Positions 17,746 through 27,795 of a stretch of 41,234 nucleotides of DNA are shown here, piece by piece; position 1 is the stretch's first letter, and each line of letters begins with the position of its first letter. Origin of the DNA: a virus (lineage: Duplodnaviria; Caudoviricetes). Position numbers and translations under genes: made by a program. The notes beneath the pieces were generated by a model. It had not been told where the DNA came from. It searched no databases and was given only the letters and a program-made list of their open reading frames with translations. Location: the IMG/VR virus record IMGVR_UViG_3300031836_000027, positions 1 through 41,234 of that record; one strand, 5' to 3'.

Positions 17746-18618
17746 TTATGTCCATATTTCCTTTTTATTTTTATGTTCTTCTGGTATTTTGGGAACATCA
17801 TTAACTTTTAATATTAACTGATCAAATTTTTCTCTTAACTTTGCGGTACTTAATATATTTGATTTCCAAAAATTATCATGTTGACTAAAACTAATGATTT
17901 TTCTTATATCTACAACGTCTCTTTTATCAATACGTATCATTGAATCAATATTACAAGCCCACTTTTGGAAATTAGGTTCTTTACATTTTGGATTATTTTC
18001 TTTCATACTCGAGTAAAGTTCTTTCGCTATAATAATCTCAATCGCTTCGTCAAGAAATTTATTTCTCTGACAAAGAGATTCTTTCTTAGGTGAAGGTGAA
18101 GGTGAAGGTGAAGGTGAAGGTGAAGGTGAAGGTGAAGGTGAAGGTGAGGGTGTTACATCACAGGACACGTCACTACCTTTGTCACGTTCATTGTCACTGT
18201 TACGGTCACTATTATTGTCATTGTGACCGTTTAAAGATTGCCCTTGTGACTGTTGCTTATTTCTCCACTCTTGTTGCCTTATATTGTTCTTCTTCTTTTT
18301 TGCTAAGTAATCATAAAAAGGTTTGTTAAAATCTGACCAATCATGTAAATATATATCACCATCTAATACGTCTAACCATCTTGTTTTTATTAATGCTTCA
18401 TATAAAATTCGAGGTTTTTTACTCCAAAAGGCTGCATCAGAGATGTCTTCAATAGTGCAACATATCAATTTTCCTTCTTGATCGCAATTATCAATAGCCC
18501 ATGTCCAAATCAATACCAGTGTACCTATAGCCTCGGCTCTACTTATTTTTAACATTCTATATAGTTCTCTAGTTTTACGGTGATCTCTAATTTGTTGATG
18601 CACACTTACCCATGCCAT
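17746..18618 (-). CDS. Phage replication initiator (replisome organizer type)
   Basis: MAWVSVH...LHDWSDFN N-domain, low-complexity linker, C-domain DNFWKSNILSTAKLREKFDQL. Confidence 0.8.
   Translation of the reverse strand: MAWVSVHQQIRDHRKTRELYRMLKISRAEAIGTLVLIWTWAIDNCDQEGKLICCTIEDISDAAFWSKKPRILYEALIKTRWLDVLDGDIYLHDWSDFNKPFYDYLAKKKKNNIRQQEWRNKQQSQGQSLNGHNDNNSDRNSDNERDKGSDVSCDVTPSPSPSPSPSPSPSPSPSPSPKKESLCQRNKFLDEAIEIIIAKELYSSMKENNPKCKEPNFQKWACNIDSMIRIDKRDVVDIRKIISFSQHDNFWKSNILSTAKLREKFDQLILKVNDVPKIPEEHKNKKEIWT
18088..18147. repeat. (AGGTGA)10 perfect hexamer repeat encoding (Ser-Pro)10
   Basis: Read directly from the sequence. Confidence 0.97.
18157..18228. repeat. 12-bp-period GTCAC repeats, candidate origin iterons
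   Basis: ATCAC/GTCAC/GTCAT at 18157, 18169, 18181, 18193, 18205 and 18217. Confidence 0.6.
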
Positions 18619-19088
18619 TACCAATCACCTCCATAATAATCATTTAACAATTTCCAAAACATTGTCCAGCTTCTAGCGGTTTTAGAAAAGCCACATATAA
18701 TGTCATAATCTAACTTAATTTTAATTATATTGGTTAGACAATCCATTATTCTTTCATCATCATAATTTCCAAATCTATTTCTCATAATTGCTTTTATATA
18801 GAATATTTTTGATAGAAACGGTTTATCTTTTTGCTCTAATCTCCGAGCACATATCCGTGGAATAAAGTCTATAATTTTTGCGATATTTTCATCATTTTTA
18901 TCATAATATTGCTTAAAAGATAGCTTAGTTGACTCAATTACCTCATTAATCCCATACTTTTTTATGGTTTTTGGCATATTCCATTTAAGTACTAACTCTA
19001 ATTGTTCTCGTCTTTCATAAGTAAAATTATCTCTTTTGAATATTTCAAATCTTAATTTTTTAGAAATTGATTTTCTTTTATTCTCCAT
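18618..19088 (-). CDS. HNH-derived protein lacking its HNH core
   Basis: RKSISKKLRFEIFKRDNFT lead-in is not followed by CxxC or HNH residues. Confidence 0.65.
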   Translation of the reverse strand: MENKRKSISKKLRFEIFKRDNFTYERREQLELVLKWNMPKTIKKYGINEVIESTKLSFKQYYDKNDENIAKIIDFIPRICARRLEQKDKPFLSKIFYIKAIMRNRFGNYDDERIMDCLTNIIKIKLDYDIICGFSKTARSWTMFWKLLNDYYGGDW

Positions 19089-20903
19089 TTATTCTTCATC
19101 TCCATCCCAAGGACTTTTCATTTGCACCTCGGTTATTAACGTTTGTTGATCATTCCAACCATATCTTTTACTATCACTATCAATATCTGACTTAGCGAAA
19201 AATCTTTTGCTTAATGGTTCGAATTTCAACCCAATAGTAATATCCTGTCTTCCTGAAAACCGATTCTTCAATATATCGACTTTATTATCGCAATCCATTA
19301 GAGATAAACCATTTTTTGGGTCATCCTGATCTATTCTCGAAACTGAAAATACATTGTCAACACGGTTAGTTAAATCTCCACTCCCACCAACATCATTCTT
19401 AGTTATGTCTCCACTTGTTTTCCTTGGATGCGCCACTACATGCACATGGACATTAAATTTATGTGTAAACTCAATTATTTTCCCCATAAATTCACTTTGT
19501 GCTCTATAAAAATCTTTATTCGCGCTACAGAAATCAGTTATCATTAAATTATCAATTGAAAACACTTTGCAATCATATCTTCTTGCAGCATATTCAAAGA
19601 TTTTTAAAATATCTTCTCCTTTTGCACTACCAAAGCTGTCATATAAAAAAAATCTGTCTCTATACCATGCTTTCATTTTGTCTTTTATATTATCAGGTAC
19701 AAAATAAATATCTTCTTTTTTAAGCTCATCATATCTTGCTTTTAAATTTAATTTACCTGCCATTTGCAATTCAACCCAATATTTAAATAACGGTGCAGGA
19801 AGTTCACCTGAAAAAGCACATACATTAAAGTCTTTCTCAATACTTTCAACTAAAATTTGACCTAGTAATGTACTTTTGCCTGAAGAATTTGAACCTGTCC
19901 AAAGGCTAACTTGCCCCATCATAAATCCTCCAATGGCTTTATCTATTAACTCAAAGCCCGAGCTAACACGCTCAACCTTACTATAATCAAAATTTTCTAC
20001 ATCTGAAAGTCTTAATAACCCAGCTATAGGAACTTCCTTCGCATTTGATATTGCATCAATAATTTTATTTTTGCCATCAAAATAGAGGACTTCATTAGCA
20101 TCTTTTCTATTAGAATTGACAACGGAACACCTGTATTCTCCCAATCTGTTAATTAATTTTCTAACCATTTCTTGTCCAGGGGCATCGCTGTCACCCCAAA
20201 TAATGATTTTTTTAAATTTCTCCAGCCAATCCCAACATAATTCAACACAAGTTAAATCTTCACAACCAGACGGGACACTTACTACATTCTTTATACCAGC
20301 TTCATCAAGAGCTAATGCATCCATTTCGCCTTCACATAAAATCAAAGGCAATTCGACGTTGCAATCATCCATTCCCCAAAATACGGGCTTTCCACCTTCT
20401 TCTCGCCAAGACTTTATATCACCATTCTTTTTTACTATTTTGTGAGAAGGTCTGAATTTAACTAACACAAGTTCCCCATTTTCATAATACGGCATAACAA
20501 TATTGTCTTTTTCATCAGAACCAATCTTACGATTTATGCAAGTTTCCTTACTAAATCCCCTCAATTTTAAATAATTATCAACTTTATCAGTAGGAGTAAT
20601 GACATTGGTTACTGGCTTTTTATAAATTTTCTTAGGTTGTTTTTTATATTCATAATTATCATCTTTCATCCAATCAGACTCCTCATTAAAATCTTTGCAT
20701 AGCTGATAAAAACTGCCTGTCACTCCACAGCCGCCTCTTCTGCAATTAAACGTAAGTTTGTCCATGTTAAGTGCGAATGACTCCTTGTCGTGATGCTGAC
20801 CACCGTTACAGTACGGACATAACCTTGGTACTATTTCATTTCTGCTTTTCCCTTTTATTTTGTATGGATATAAGTGCCTATCTGCGAACTGGTTTACATT
20901 CAT
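19089..20903 (-). CDS. Bifunctional primase-helicase (T7 gp4/Twinkle-like)
   Basis: CPYC zinc domain, TOPRIM (EGEMDAL, DSD), Walker A GSNSSGKST, DNL, VAHPRK, KNR. Confidence 0.9.
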   Translation of the reverse strand: MNVNQFADRHLYPYKIKGKSRNEIVPRLCPYCNGGQHHDKESFALNMDKLTFNCRRGGCGVTGSFYQLCKDFNEESDWMKDDNYEYKKQPKKIYKKPVTNVITPTDKVDNYLKLRGFSKETCINRKIGSDEKDNIVMPYYENGELVLVKFRPSHKIVKKNGDIKSWREEGGKPVFWGMDDCNVELPLILCEGEMDALALDEAGIKNVVSVPSGCEDLTCVELCWDWLEKFKKIIIWGDSDAPGQEMVRKLINRLGEYRCSVVNSNRKDANEVLYFDGKNKIIDAISNAKEVPIAGLLRLSDVENFDYSKVERVSSGFELIDKAIGGFMMGQVSLWTGSNSSGKSTLLGQILVESIEKDFNVCAFSGELPAPLFKYWVELQMAGKLNLKARYDELKKEDIYFVPDNIKDKMKAWYRDRFFLYDSFGSAKGEDILKIFEYAARRYDCKVFSIDNLMITDFCSANKDFYRAQSEFMGKIIEFTHKFNVHVHVVAHPRKTSGDITKNDVGGSGDLTNRVDNVFSVSRIDQDDPKNGLSLMDCDNKVDILKNRFSGRQDITIGLKFEPLSKRFFAKSDIDSDSKRYGWNDQQTLITEVQMKSPWDGDEE

Positions 20904-21565
20904 TACTTCCCTTCTTTATGAAAAATGTTATGACATTTAGAGCAAAGTAACGTCACATCGTTAAAAGTTTCTCTTCCCCTGTTTCCATAATTGCTATGAT
21001 GTAAATTTAGGTTTTCTTCTTTTTTACCGCATATTTGGCATTTGTTATTGTAAAATTTAATAGCTTCTTTTCTAAAGTGTTTCCAATGGTTAGTGTTTAA
21101 ATAATCTATATATTCCATATTGTTCAAAGCATCTAAAAATTTATTGTAATTGCCTTCGTAGGAAACTTTTTCCGTTTGTCTATCTTCATTTTTTTTATAC
21201 TTAAAAATTTTCTCAATAATCGAATCGAAATACTTATAATCTCCGCTACCTTGTTTTTTGGCTTCTTTAAAAACATTATTTACTTCAGGAACATCTTCTC
21301 TCTCATTTCTGTTTCCTTCCCAATCTTCGGATGTGTATTTTAGCTTTATAAGATTACCTATTAAACAATCATTTTTCCCACCAGTATAATTTTTGCATAT
21401 ATCTATCTTGAAATTTACTGCATACATTATGTGAGCCATTTCGCACCCTTTATTAAGCCCCGCGTCCAAGATCAGACTATTTAAAAAAATATTTTCGTCT
21501 CTATTTAAGATATTTTCTATTTTAGCATTCATTTGCTCGACTTCCTTTCTATCTTTGATTATCAT
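20903..21565 (-). CDS. Protein with C-terminal HNH endonuclease domain
   Basis: CQICG...LHHSNY...LCSKCH. Confidence 0.8.
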   Translation of the reverse strand: MIIKDRKEVEQMNAKIENILNRDENIFLNSLILDAGLNKGCEMAHIMYAVNFKIDICKNYTGGKNDCLIGNLIKLKYTSEDWEGNRNEREDVPEVNNVFKEAKKQGSGDYKYFDSIIEKIFKYKKNEDRQTEKVSYEGNYNKFLDALNNMEYIDYLNTNHWKHFRKEAIKFYNNKCQICGKKEENLNLHHSNYGNRGRETFNDVTLLCSKCHNIFHKEGK

Positions 21566-21569
21566 GAAA

Positions 21570-21908
21570 TTAATAATTAATTTTAATAACTTTGTTTAAA
21601 AGACCTACTATTTTTGATTCCATATTCATAAACTTGTATCCATTTAATTCTTTACTATTTCCATTGGAACAAGTCATCCCTTTAGTAACACCCATAAGTT
21701 TACATAATGTAGGTCTGACTAAATAAATAGAACATTTGTTATCAACTCTAAATTTGCAATCCATAAAGGTAGCCTTTTTATTATATTTAGGTCTGTTTTT
21801 ACGGACAAAGGATTTTATTTCTTTATACTCAACTTCATTAATTAGAATCGGTCCACAGCATTGTCCACAATTTTTGCAACTATGTGGAGGGATATTTAAA
21901 TTATTCAT
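21570..21908 (-). CDS. YkgJ-like Cys-cluster protein
   Basis: CKNCGQCC...CKF...CSIY..RP..C. Confidence 0.8.
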   Translation of the reverse strand: MNNLNIPPHSCKNCGQCCGPILINEVEYKEIKSFVRKNRPKYNKKATFMDCKFRVDNKCSIYLVRPTLCKLMGVTKGMTCSNGNSKELNGYKFMNMESKIVGLLNKVIKINY

Positions 21909-21920
21909 TTGTAAACCTCC

Positions 21921-22502
21921 TTATATTTTATATCCCATTTTTAGGGCCTTATAGTACACCATTACTAAGCCACAAACATCAAAACGAGCATCGTGGAAGC
22001 TAATGGACTCATTCCCATAAAGCCTCTGTAATCCCTTATTAAAGCCTATGCTATTACTGTCTATTCCTAAGAATTGCATTGTCTCTTCAAGTTTTGGCCA
22101 TTTATGTTTTCCATATTTGCCTTTTAACTTTAGAATTTCTGTGAAATACTCCATTGTACAGAATTTATCAGCTATTTCAAAAGCACAACCGGCTCTTTCT
22201 ATTTCAGTTTTAACAAAATTAATATCAAAGTTTACATTATGAGCGATAAAAATGCCACCTTCTAAATCCTCAGTAACCTCTGCAGCAATGTCTTTAAAAC
22301 ATTTTCCACCCGATAGATCTTTTAGCTTGGCTACAGAAAAGCCATGAATTTTTTCTGCACCAGGTGCCACATACTCGCATGCTAGAAAAAAGTTTTTAGC
22401 TGCTTCGACTTTATCATCTACAGTAATTGTGTACGTCAGTTGGCAGATTTCACCGGGTTTAATATCAGTTGTTTCAGTGTCTATGAATATTTTTTTCAAC
22501 AT
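21921..22502 (-). CDS. DEDDh 3'-5' exonuclease
   Basis: DTETT, AHNVNFD, HDARFD. Confidence 0.9.
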   Translation of the reverse strand: MLKKIFIDTETTDIKPGEICQLTYTITVDDKVEAAKNFFLACEYVAPGAEKIHGFSVAKLKDLSGGKCFKDIAAEVTEDLEGGIFIAHNVNFDINFVKTEIERAGCAFEIADKFCTMEYFTEILKLKGKYGKHKWPKLEETMQFLGIDSNSIGFNKGLQRLYGNESISFHDARFDVCGLVMVYYKALKMGYKI

Positions 22503-22547
22503 TAATCCTCCTTGTAAATTAAGTTACAATAGTTTTGAAGTATGCAG

Positions 22548-22757
22548 TTAACTGTTACTCATGAAGCATATAAAATTATCACAATTATCACCATCACAAG
22601 CGTCTACTTCCGTATTGTCTACACTACAAATTCCGTCTCCTGCAAATTCTAATTCCCCATCTTCTCCTATAGTCTTATTAATATCTCTATATTCATCTTG
22701 ATAGTTTTTACAAAAATCACATATTGCACTACAATCATCTTCACAAAACTTTGCCAT
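22548..22757 (-). CDS. Small Cys-rich hypothetical protein
   Basis: RBS GGAGG; operon orientation. Confidence 0.65.
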   Translation of the reverse strand: MAKFCEDDCSAICDFCKNYQDEYRDINKTIGEDGELEFAGDGICSVDNTEVDACDGDNCDNFICFMSNS

Positions 22758-22771
22758 TTAATAATTCCTCC

Positions 22772-22945
22772 TTATTTTTTTTCTTGATTTTTTAATTCGC
22801 ATTTAAAAGTATTTAAACTATTCTCTAACATTTGCTTTTTAGTATTATATTTTGCCATAAATACCTCAAGTGATTTGATGTGTTCGTCACATTCACATTC
22901 TATTCCCTCTATTCTCAGCGTTAAATATTCTTTAAGATTTTTCAT
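22772..22945 (-). CDS. Hypothetical protein (57 aa)
   Basis: Not in track; MKNLKEYLTLRIEG...; RBS AGGGGG. Confidence 0.6.
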   Translation of the reverse strand: MKNLKEYLTLRIEGIECECDEHIKSLEVFMAKYNTKKQMLENSLNTFKCELKNQEKK

Positions 22946-23002
22946 AATAATTCCCCCTATTATTTAATTGTTGTTGCACACTGTTTTTGTATGATGCAAA
23001 AA

Positions 23003-23242
23003 CTATTTTTTATCTTTATCAATGAATTCGATAATACATTTTTCGCCCTCGTCTACAATAGGATTATGATTAACTGTATCTAATAAACATTCCCAATTAA
23101 TTTTCATACTTCCATTATCTAAAGATTTTACGTTGTTTTCTACGTTATCGGGATGGATACCTAATATCATTTTACCTTTAGCAAAAATTGCAATTCCTTC
23201 ATTTTGATAAATATCCTGCATTTGATTTTCATTTATATTCAT
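23003..23242 (-). CDS. Hypothetical protein
   Basis: RBS AAGGAGG. Confidence 0.65.
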   Translation of the reverse strand: MNINENQMQDIYQNEGIAIFAKGKMILGIHPDNVENNVKSLDNGSMKINWECLLDTVNHNPIVDEGEKCIIEFIDKDKK

Positions 23243-23573
23243 AATATATCCTCCTTAACCTTAACTGCCTTACGGTCAGTGGTTCTCATGTATAAATATT
23301 TGTTAATTAACTATTACCTCATAAATATTATTTGGACAACTCAAATTATTATTTTCACAATATATAACACCATTCGGATTCCATTTATTAAACATAACCT
23401 TATTAACTTTCCATATAGTTCCAATCCTATAAAGAGTTTTTTGCCAATCCATATTGTCGTGAGTATCATCAATTATAATAATTTTTTCTTCAACTTTAGC
23501 AACTCGTTTCTCTGTTTTTATTATTTTTTAACCTCCACTTTCCTTCGTATTATAATCAAATTGTGTAGAACTA

Positions 23574-23804
23574 TTATTCTATCTCATCCATATCTTCAAT
23601 TTTTATTTCTGAATCACCGCTGTCATCTCTGGTTATTGAAATAATATTACAATCTTGTTCTGTAAGTAAGCACCCAACATCACTCAAATTTCTACCTTTT
23701 TCAGAATTGTCAAGAATAGTTTCTATTTCACAACCATCCGGAACTTCTATCACCATTTCATGTATAAACTTCACTTTTTCAGTTACATATATTTTATATT
23801 TCAT
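23574..23804 (-). CDS. Acidic hypothetical protein
   Basis: RBS GGGAGG. Confidence 0.65.
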   Translation of the reverse strand: MKYKIYVTEKVKFIHEMVIEVPDGCEIETILDNSEKGRNLSDVGCLLTEQDCNIISITRDDSGDSEIKIEDMDEIE

Positions 23805-23841
23805 TTTTATACCCTCCCTATTATTAGTTCATGCTTTCTAG

Positions 23842-24135
23842 CTAATCCATATAACTTTCAAACATAGCAATTTTATTATTTTTATATCGAGTTACTAATA
23901 AAGCATCTTTGAAATATCCATATATTATATAATTATTTTCATTTACTCTTACTATTTTGTCACTTTCAAATAAGTTATTCTTGTCACTACCCTCATACCT
24001 TAACAATATTGTATAACTATTATTTTCTATATTTATATCCTCATTAGCTATGATTTCATTAATTGCATAGCCATTAAAATCGTTGCCCTCTACTATTTTT
24101 ATTTTTGAACCTTCTTTTATTAACATAATTTCCAC
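23842..24135 (-). CDS. Hypothetical protein
   Basis: ORF in operon orientation; start uncertain. Confidence 0.55.
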   Translation of the reverse strand: MEIMLIKEGSKIKIVEGNDFNGYAINEIIANEDINIENNSYTILLRYEGSDKNNLFESDKIVRVNENNYIIYGYFKDALLVTRYKNNKIAMFESYMD

Positions 24136-24191
24136 CTTTCAGTTATCCGGAATTACCGGACAACTCCTTTTTCGTGACCTTACGAATATGT

Positions 24192-24362
24192 TTATATTTC
24201 AAATAATTTCTTTCCACATTTAATGCAAACCCATATTCCATCATCATCATTTAGAGACACAAAACCATGCGGATTGGTTTTTCTATTTATAGGTGTTTCA
24301 AAGTTTCTATAATCATGTTTACAAAATATTTTTCCTATGAAATTTTTGTTATTAATTTTCAT
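24192..24362 (-). CDS. Small zinc-ribbon-like protein (56 aa)
   Basis: Not in track; FCKHDY...CIKCGK; RBS AAGGGGG. Confidence 0.6.
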   Translation of the reverse strand: MKINNKNFIGKIFCKHDYRNFETPINRKTNPHGFVSLNDDDGIWVCIKCGKKLFEI

Positions 24363-24929
24363 GTTTACCCCCTTATTCGTTGCATCCTAGTTAGCAAAGA
24401 CGACACTATACTCTTGAATTTTTACACTTCCGGCATACTCTTAAAAATTGTTTTTTACTACGGTTATATATACATAAATCAGATTCACCAAATGAACGGT
24501 GGTAATATAAGATCCTTACATACACTGCAAACCCGCGGTAACACTCGTATATTATTATCAATCATATTTTTAACCCCCTCATTTTTATCTAATAAAATAT
24601 TTCCACTATCAATACCATAATTTTAGCCAAACAGTAGCCCAACACCAGTCCAGCTACAACACTAAAACCATACTTCTTTATTTGTACCATCTGTTTTTCC
24701 TATCATATTTGCTACATTTTTCACTAACTACCATTATTCCGGCTATTATTTTTAATACAATCATCTGTTTCCCCTCCTGATTTTTTTAAGATTATCAAGT
24801 TGATATAAACTGATTTCGAGCTCTTTAGCCTTTTGGGCCTCTCGTTTATGCTTTTGTATTGCATTGTAGGTTAGTAAAGCTTTCTCCTTGTTATCCATCA
24901 GTACCAAGCCTCCAATATCATTTGAATAC

Positions 24930-25508
24930 TTATTCTTCAGGACTAATGTCTAAATCTCCATCCTTAAGAAAATTTCTAACACCATATTTTAAGATACCGA
25001 ATATTTCTTCCCCAGTATCATTTTTATTTATAAAAACCGTACCACTAAGGAATTGGTCTTGAAGACTTCTTAGCCTAGCCATGAAAGATGCTGGCTTATA
25101 TAGGCTCCTATAGTTTCCAGTTTTAATATTTTTTCTTCCATGCTCATCCTCTATTACTAGAAACATTTTGATGCCTTTCTCTTTAGCTCTTCTAAGTTCT
25201 CTTACAAGTCTTAAATCGTCCCTAGTATCTGTTTCCTCTGCCAAATTGCCTGCTAACTCATCTACACTATTTTTTCTTTCTACCGCTACCTTGAAATATA
25301 AGTCTCTGTATATGCCCATTGCTGGGCACTTAGTAATAACAGCTGTGTAATCTCCCTCATCAATTTTTTGTTTTTTATATTTGATTTTTGCTTTATCAAA
25401 GTAATCTAATACGTGTAGATTTTGTCGTTCTCTTGAATCATAAATTATCATTAAGTTTTCTTTCAATAGTTTTTTAATTTCTGTTTCAGTAAGTTTGAAA
25501 TGAATCAC
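24930..25508 (-). CDS. ERCC4-domain nuclease (probable resolvase)
   Basis: DSRE, GDY, VERKNS. Confidence 0.88.
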   Translation of the reverse strand: MIHFKLTETEIKKLLKENLMIIYDSRERQNLHVLDYFDKAKIKYKKQKIDEGDYTAVITKCPAMGIYRDLYFKVAVERKNSVDELAGNLAEETDTRDDLRLVRELRRAKEKGIKMFLVIEDEHGRKNIKTGNYRSLYKPASFMARLRSLQDQFLSGTVFINKNDTGEEIFGILKYGVRNFLKDGDLDISPEE

Positions 25509-25523
25509 AATATCGCCTGCCCT

Positions 25524-25781
25524 TTAAAATATTTTTTCGCCCTCTCTGTAATACTTGCATCCATGTTCAAATTTACATATTTCCCATGGATGGCTTAAAA
25601 ACTTTTTTGTGATATTACACTTCATAGTTCTTTCTTCTTCGTCACCTACTACGTTTTTACAAGTCCTACAAGCTCTCATCCCTGGATTAGCGAAACAGGT
25701 GAGCTCGTGACGTTTACACGAAGGTTTTAATTTGTATATTTTATCGCAGTATTCACATTTATAAGCGGTTGCTTCTATCAT
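25524..25781 (-). CDS. Cys-rich hypothetical protein
   Basis: YKCEYC...CKRHE..C...CRTC. Confidence 0.7.
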   Translation of the reverse strand: MIEATAYKCEYCDKIYKLKPSCKRHELTCFANPGMRACRTCKNVVGDEEERTMKCNITKKFLSHPWEICKFEHGCKYYREGEKIF

Positions 25782-25811
25782 AAAAATCTCCTTTGTTATT
25801 TACATTATTTA

Positions 25812-26267
25812 TCAGAACGGAATGTCAGAATCATCCAGTGGTGTTATATCGCTATCACTTCCAAAATCATTATTTCCATTGTTAGAATTATTACTATTTC
25901 CACCCTGATTATAATTACTACTATTGGAATTACTGTTGTTAGAGCTGCTGTCTTTTTTACTATCTAAAAAGTCAACTTCATCTGCAATAATTTCCGTTTT
26001 ATATACTCTGACATCATCTTTCATGTAGTTAGAAGTCTGTATATTGCCAGAAATAGCTACTTGACTACCTTTTGTCATCCAATTGGCTGTTGCCTCAGCT
26101 TGTTTTCCGAATACCGTTACTGGAAGAAAATCAGCATCTGGTTGTCCTTCTTTTTTAAATCGTCTGTTTACAGCAATAGTAAATTTACATACTGCAGTAC
26201 CCGTTCCTTGAGCAAATGTTAAGGTAGGATCCTTTGTCATTCTTCCGACTAATGCTACTTTATTCAT
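25812..26267 (-). CDS. ssb: Single-stranded DNA-binding protein
   Basis: MNKVALVGRMTKDP, AVNR, acidic DIPF tail. Confidence 0.95.
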   Translation of the reverse strand: MNKVALVGRMTKDPTLTFAQGTGTAVCKFTIAVNRRFKKEGQPDADFLPVTVFGKQAEATANWMTKGSQVAISGNIQTSNYMKDDVRVYKTEIIADEVDFLDSKKDSSSNNSNSNSSNYNQGGNSNNSNNGNNDFGSDSDITPLDDSDIPF

Positions 26268-26725
26268 ATTACCGCTCCTTCTTTATTCATTATCCTGATA
26301 AGTTTATTTAAATTCTGATATTCATATCCTGTTATCAATGAAATATCTTTCAGATTTTTACCTTCTTTCCTTAGCGTTTCTATTTTATTTTTATCAAAGC
26401 TATCAGATATTTTAGGTTTCACTTTCTTAGTTTCAATACCATTATTTTTCATGAATTTTCTTAGTGTAGCTTCGCAAACATTCATTTTCATTGCCATTTG
26501 TCTTACTATTCCTATTTCTTCATATAATTTCTTAATATTATCTAAATCAAACCTTGGTTCCTTATATATTATCTTTTCAGATTTCTCACTTTTTAAATTT
26601 ACACCTAACAGGCTACATGATTGTGATACGCTTTTAGTTTTTTCTGAGCATATACAAGCTATCAATGCATACCAATTTTCTTTATGCATTTTAATATTAT
26701 TAAGTTCCATTTGTCGGGGATTCAT
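26264..26725 (-). CDS. HTH-containing hypothetical protein
   Basis: Two HTH-like segments. Confidence 0.65.
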   Translation of the reverse strand: MNPRQMELNNIKMHKENWYALIACICSEKTKSVSQSCSLLGVNLKSEKSEKIIYKEPRFDLDNIKKLYEEIGIVRQMAMKMNVCEATLRKFMKNNGIETKKVKPKISDSFDKNKIETLRKEGKNLKDISLITGYEYQNLNKLIRIMNKEGAVI

Positions 26726-27066
26726 CTTGAATAGCCTCCTTATATTTCTTTTAATCCTTCAATAAATTTATCAAGTATACGTTGTACTCTAGCCTCTGAT
26801 ATTCTTTCTCCACTAAACGCATTTCTAAGACTTTCACCTATTTGGTTAACTACTTTATCTCTTTGATTTATTGCGATTATATTAGCTATTATTGCGATAG
26901 TTTCATTACTCATCATTGCTTATACCCTCTTATTTGCCTAAACTTCCATGACTTAACTACATTGTAATCCGCTACGTTATCATCATTAATTTTTGCTTTA
27001 GGCTTTTTTTCTTTTATCACTTTATTTGCATATTCCATAAATCTCTCTTTATTTTCAACGGTCATT

Positions 27067-27795
27067 TTAACCCACCTCTAATCCCTCTATTGCAATATAA
27101 GTTGGTATGCCTGTTAATGCTTCTATCTCTCTTTTGAATCTCTCAGGCTCTCCATTATTCTTAGATAAATGTATAAGTGTAATTGTCTTTGTAGTTGATA
27201 AATCCCATGTTTTTAAAGTTTCTTTTAAAGTTTCTAAACTCATATGGGACTTAAAAATTCTCTGTTCATGTGGCTCTAATGATTGTATACTATCCTCTGA
27301 ATAGTTACATTCGATTAAAACATGGTCTATATTTTTGAATTTATACTTTAGATAGTAAGTATCCGTTGCAAATAGTATTTTTCCTATTAGTGGATGTTGT
27401 ATTAGATACCCCAAATTCTTGCACTCTGAACCATCTGAATTAGTATGCTGGCAATCAAAAGGCCTTATCAAAAACTTTCCTATATTGATCAATTCATGAC
27501 TTTCTGTTGCTATACTTTTATATTCATTTATATAGTGGAATTTTTCTAATACGCTGCAAGGAGCAACTATCTTTGGAAAATTATCAAATACTTTTTTAAA
27601 GCTTTTACAGTGATCCAAATGTGAATGTGAGACTAAACATCCAACCACACCTTTTATACTGTAATTTAATCCTTTAAGAATACCTTTGTAATCTATACCA
27701 CACTCCAGGACAACCTTTTCTTCTCCTGCCTGGATGATGTAACAATTTCCTGAACTTCCTGAAGCTAAAACTTTAATAAGGGTCATCTGATTCAC
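27067..27795 (-). CDS. Metallo-beta-lactamase-fold hydrolase/nuclease
   Basis: SGSSGN, SHSHLDH, TDT, ECNY, HLS. Confidence 0.88.
   Translation of the reverse strand: MNQMTLIKVLASGSSGNCYIIQAGEEKVVLECGIDYKGILKGLNYSIKGVVGCLVSHSHLDHCKSFKKVFDNFPKIVAPCSVLEKFHYINEYKSIATESHELINIGKFLIRPFDCQHTNSDGSECKNLGYLIQHPLIGKILFATDTYYLKYKFKNIDHVLIECNYSEDSIQSLEPHEQRIFKSHMSLETLKETLKTWDLSTTKTITLIHLSKNNGEPERFKREIEALTGIPTYIAIEGLEVG

Noticed and set aside
18088-18228. CRISPR array
   Set aside because: Short contiguous tandem repeats without unique spacers; no repeat-spacer array or cas gene noticed elsewhere
18090-18329. (Lys-Val)n ORF
   Set aside because: Reverse-strand read of the Ser-Pro microsatellite
13276-20903. 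Inteins or introns in terL or the primase-helicase
   Set aside because: Both ORFs are continuous and of ordinary size, with no evident intein motifs
23204-24620. Plus-strand ORFs 23204-23644 and 24267-24620
   Set aside because: Overlap small minus-strand genes that have good RBSs; composition looks like antisense translation
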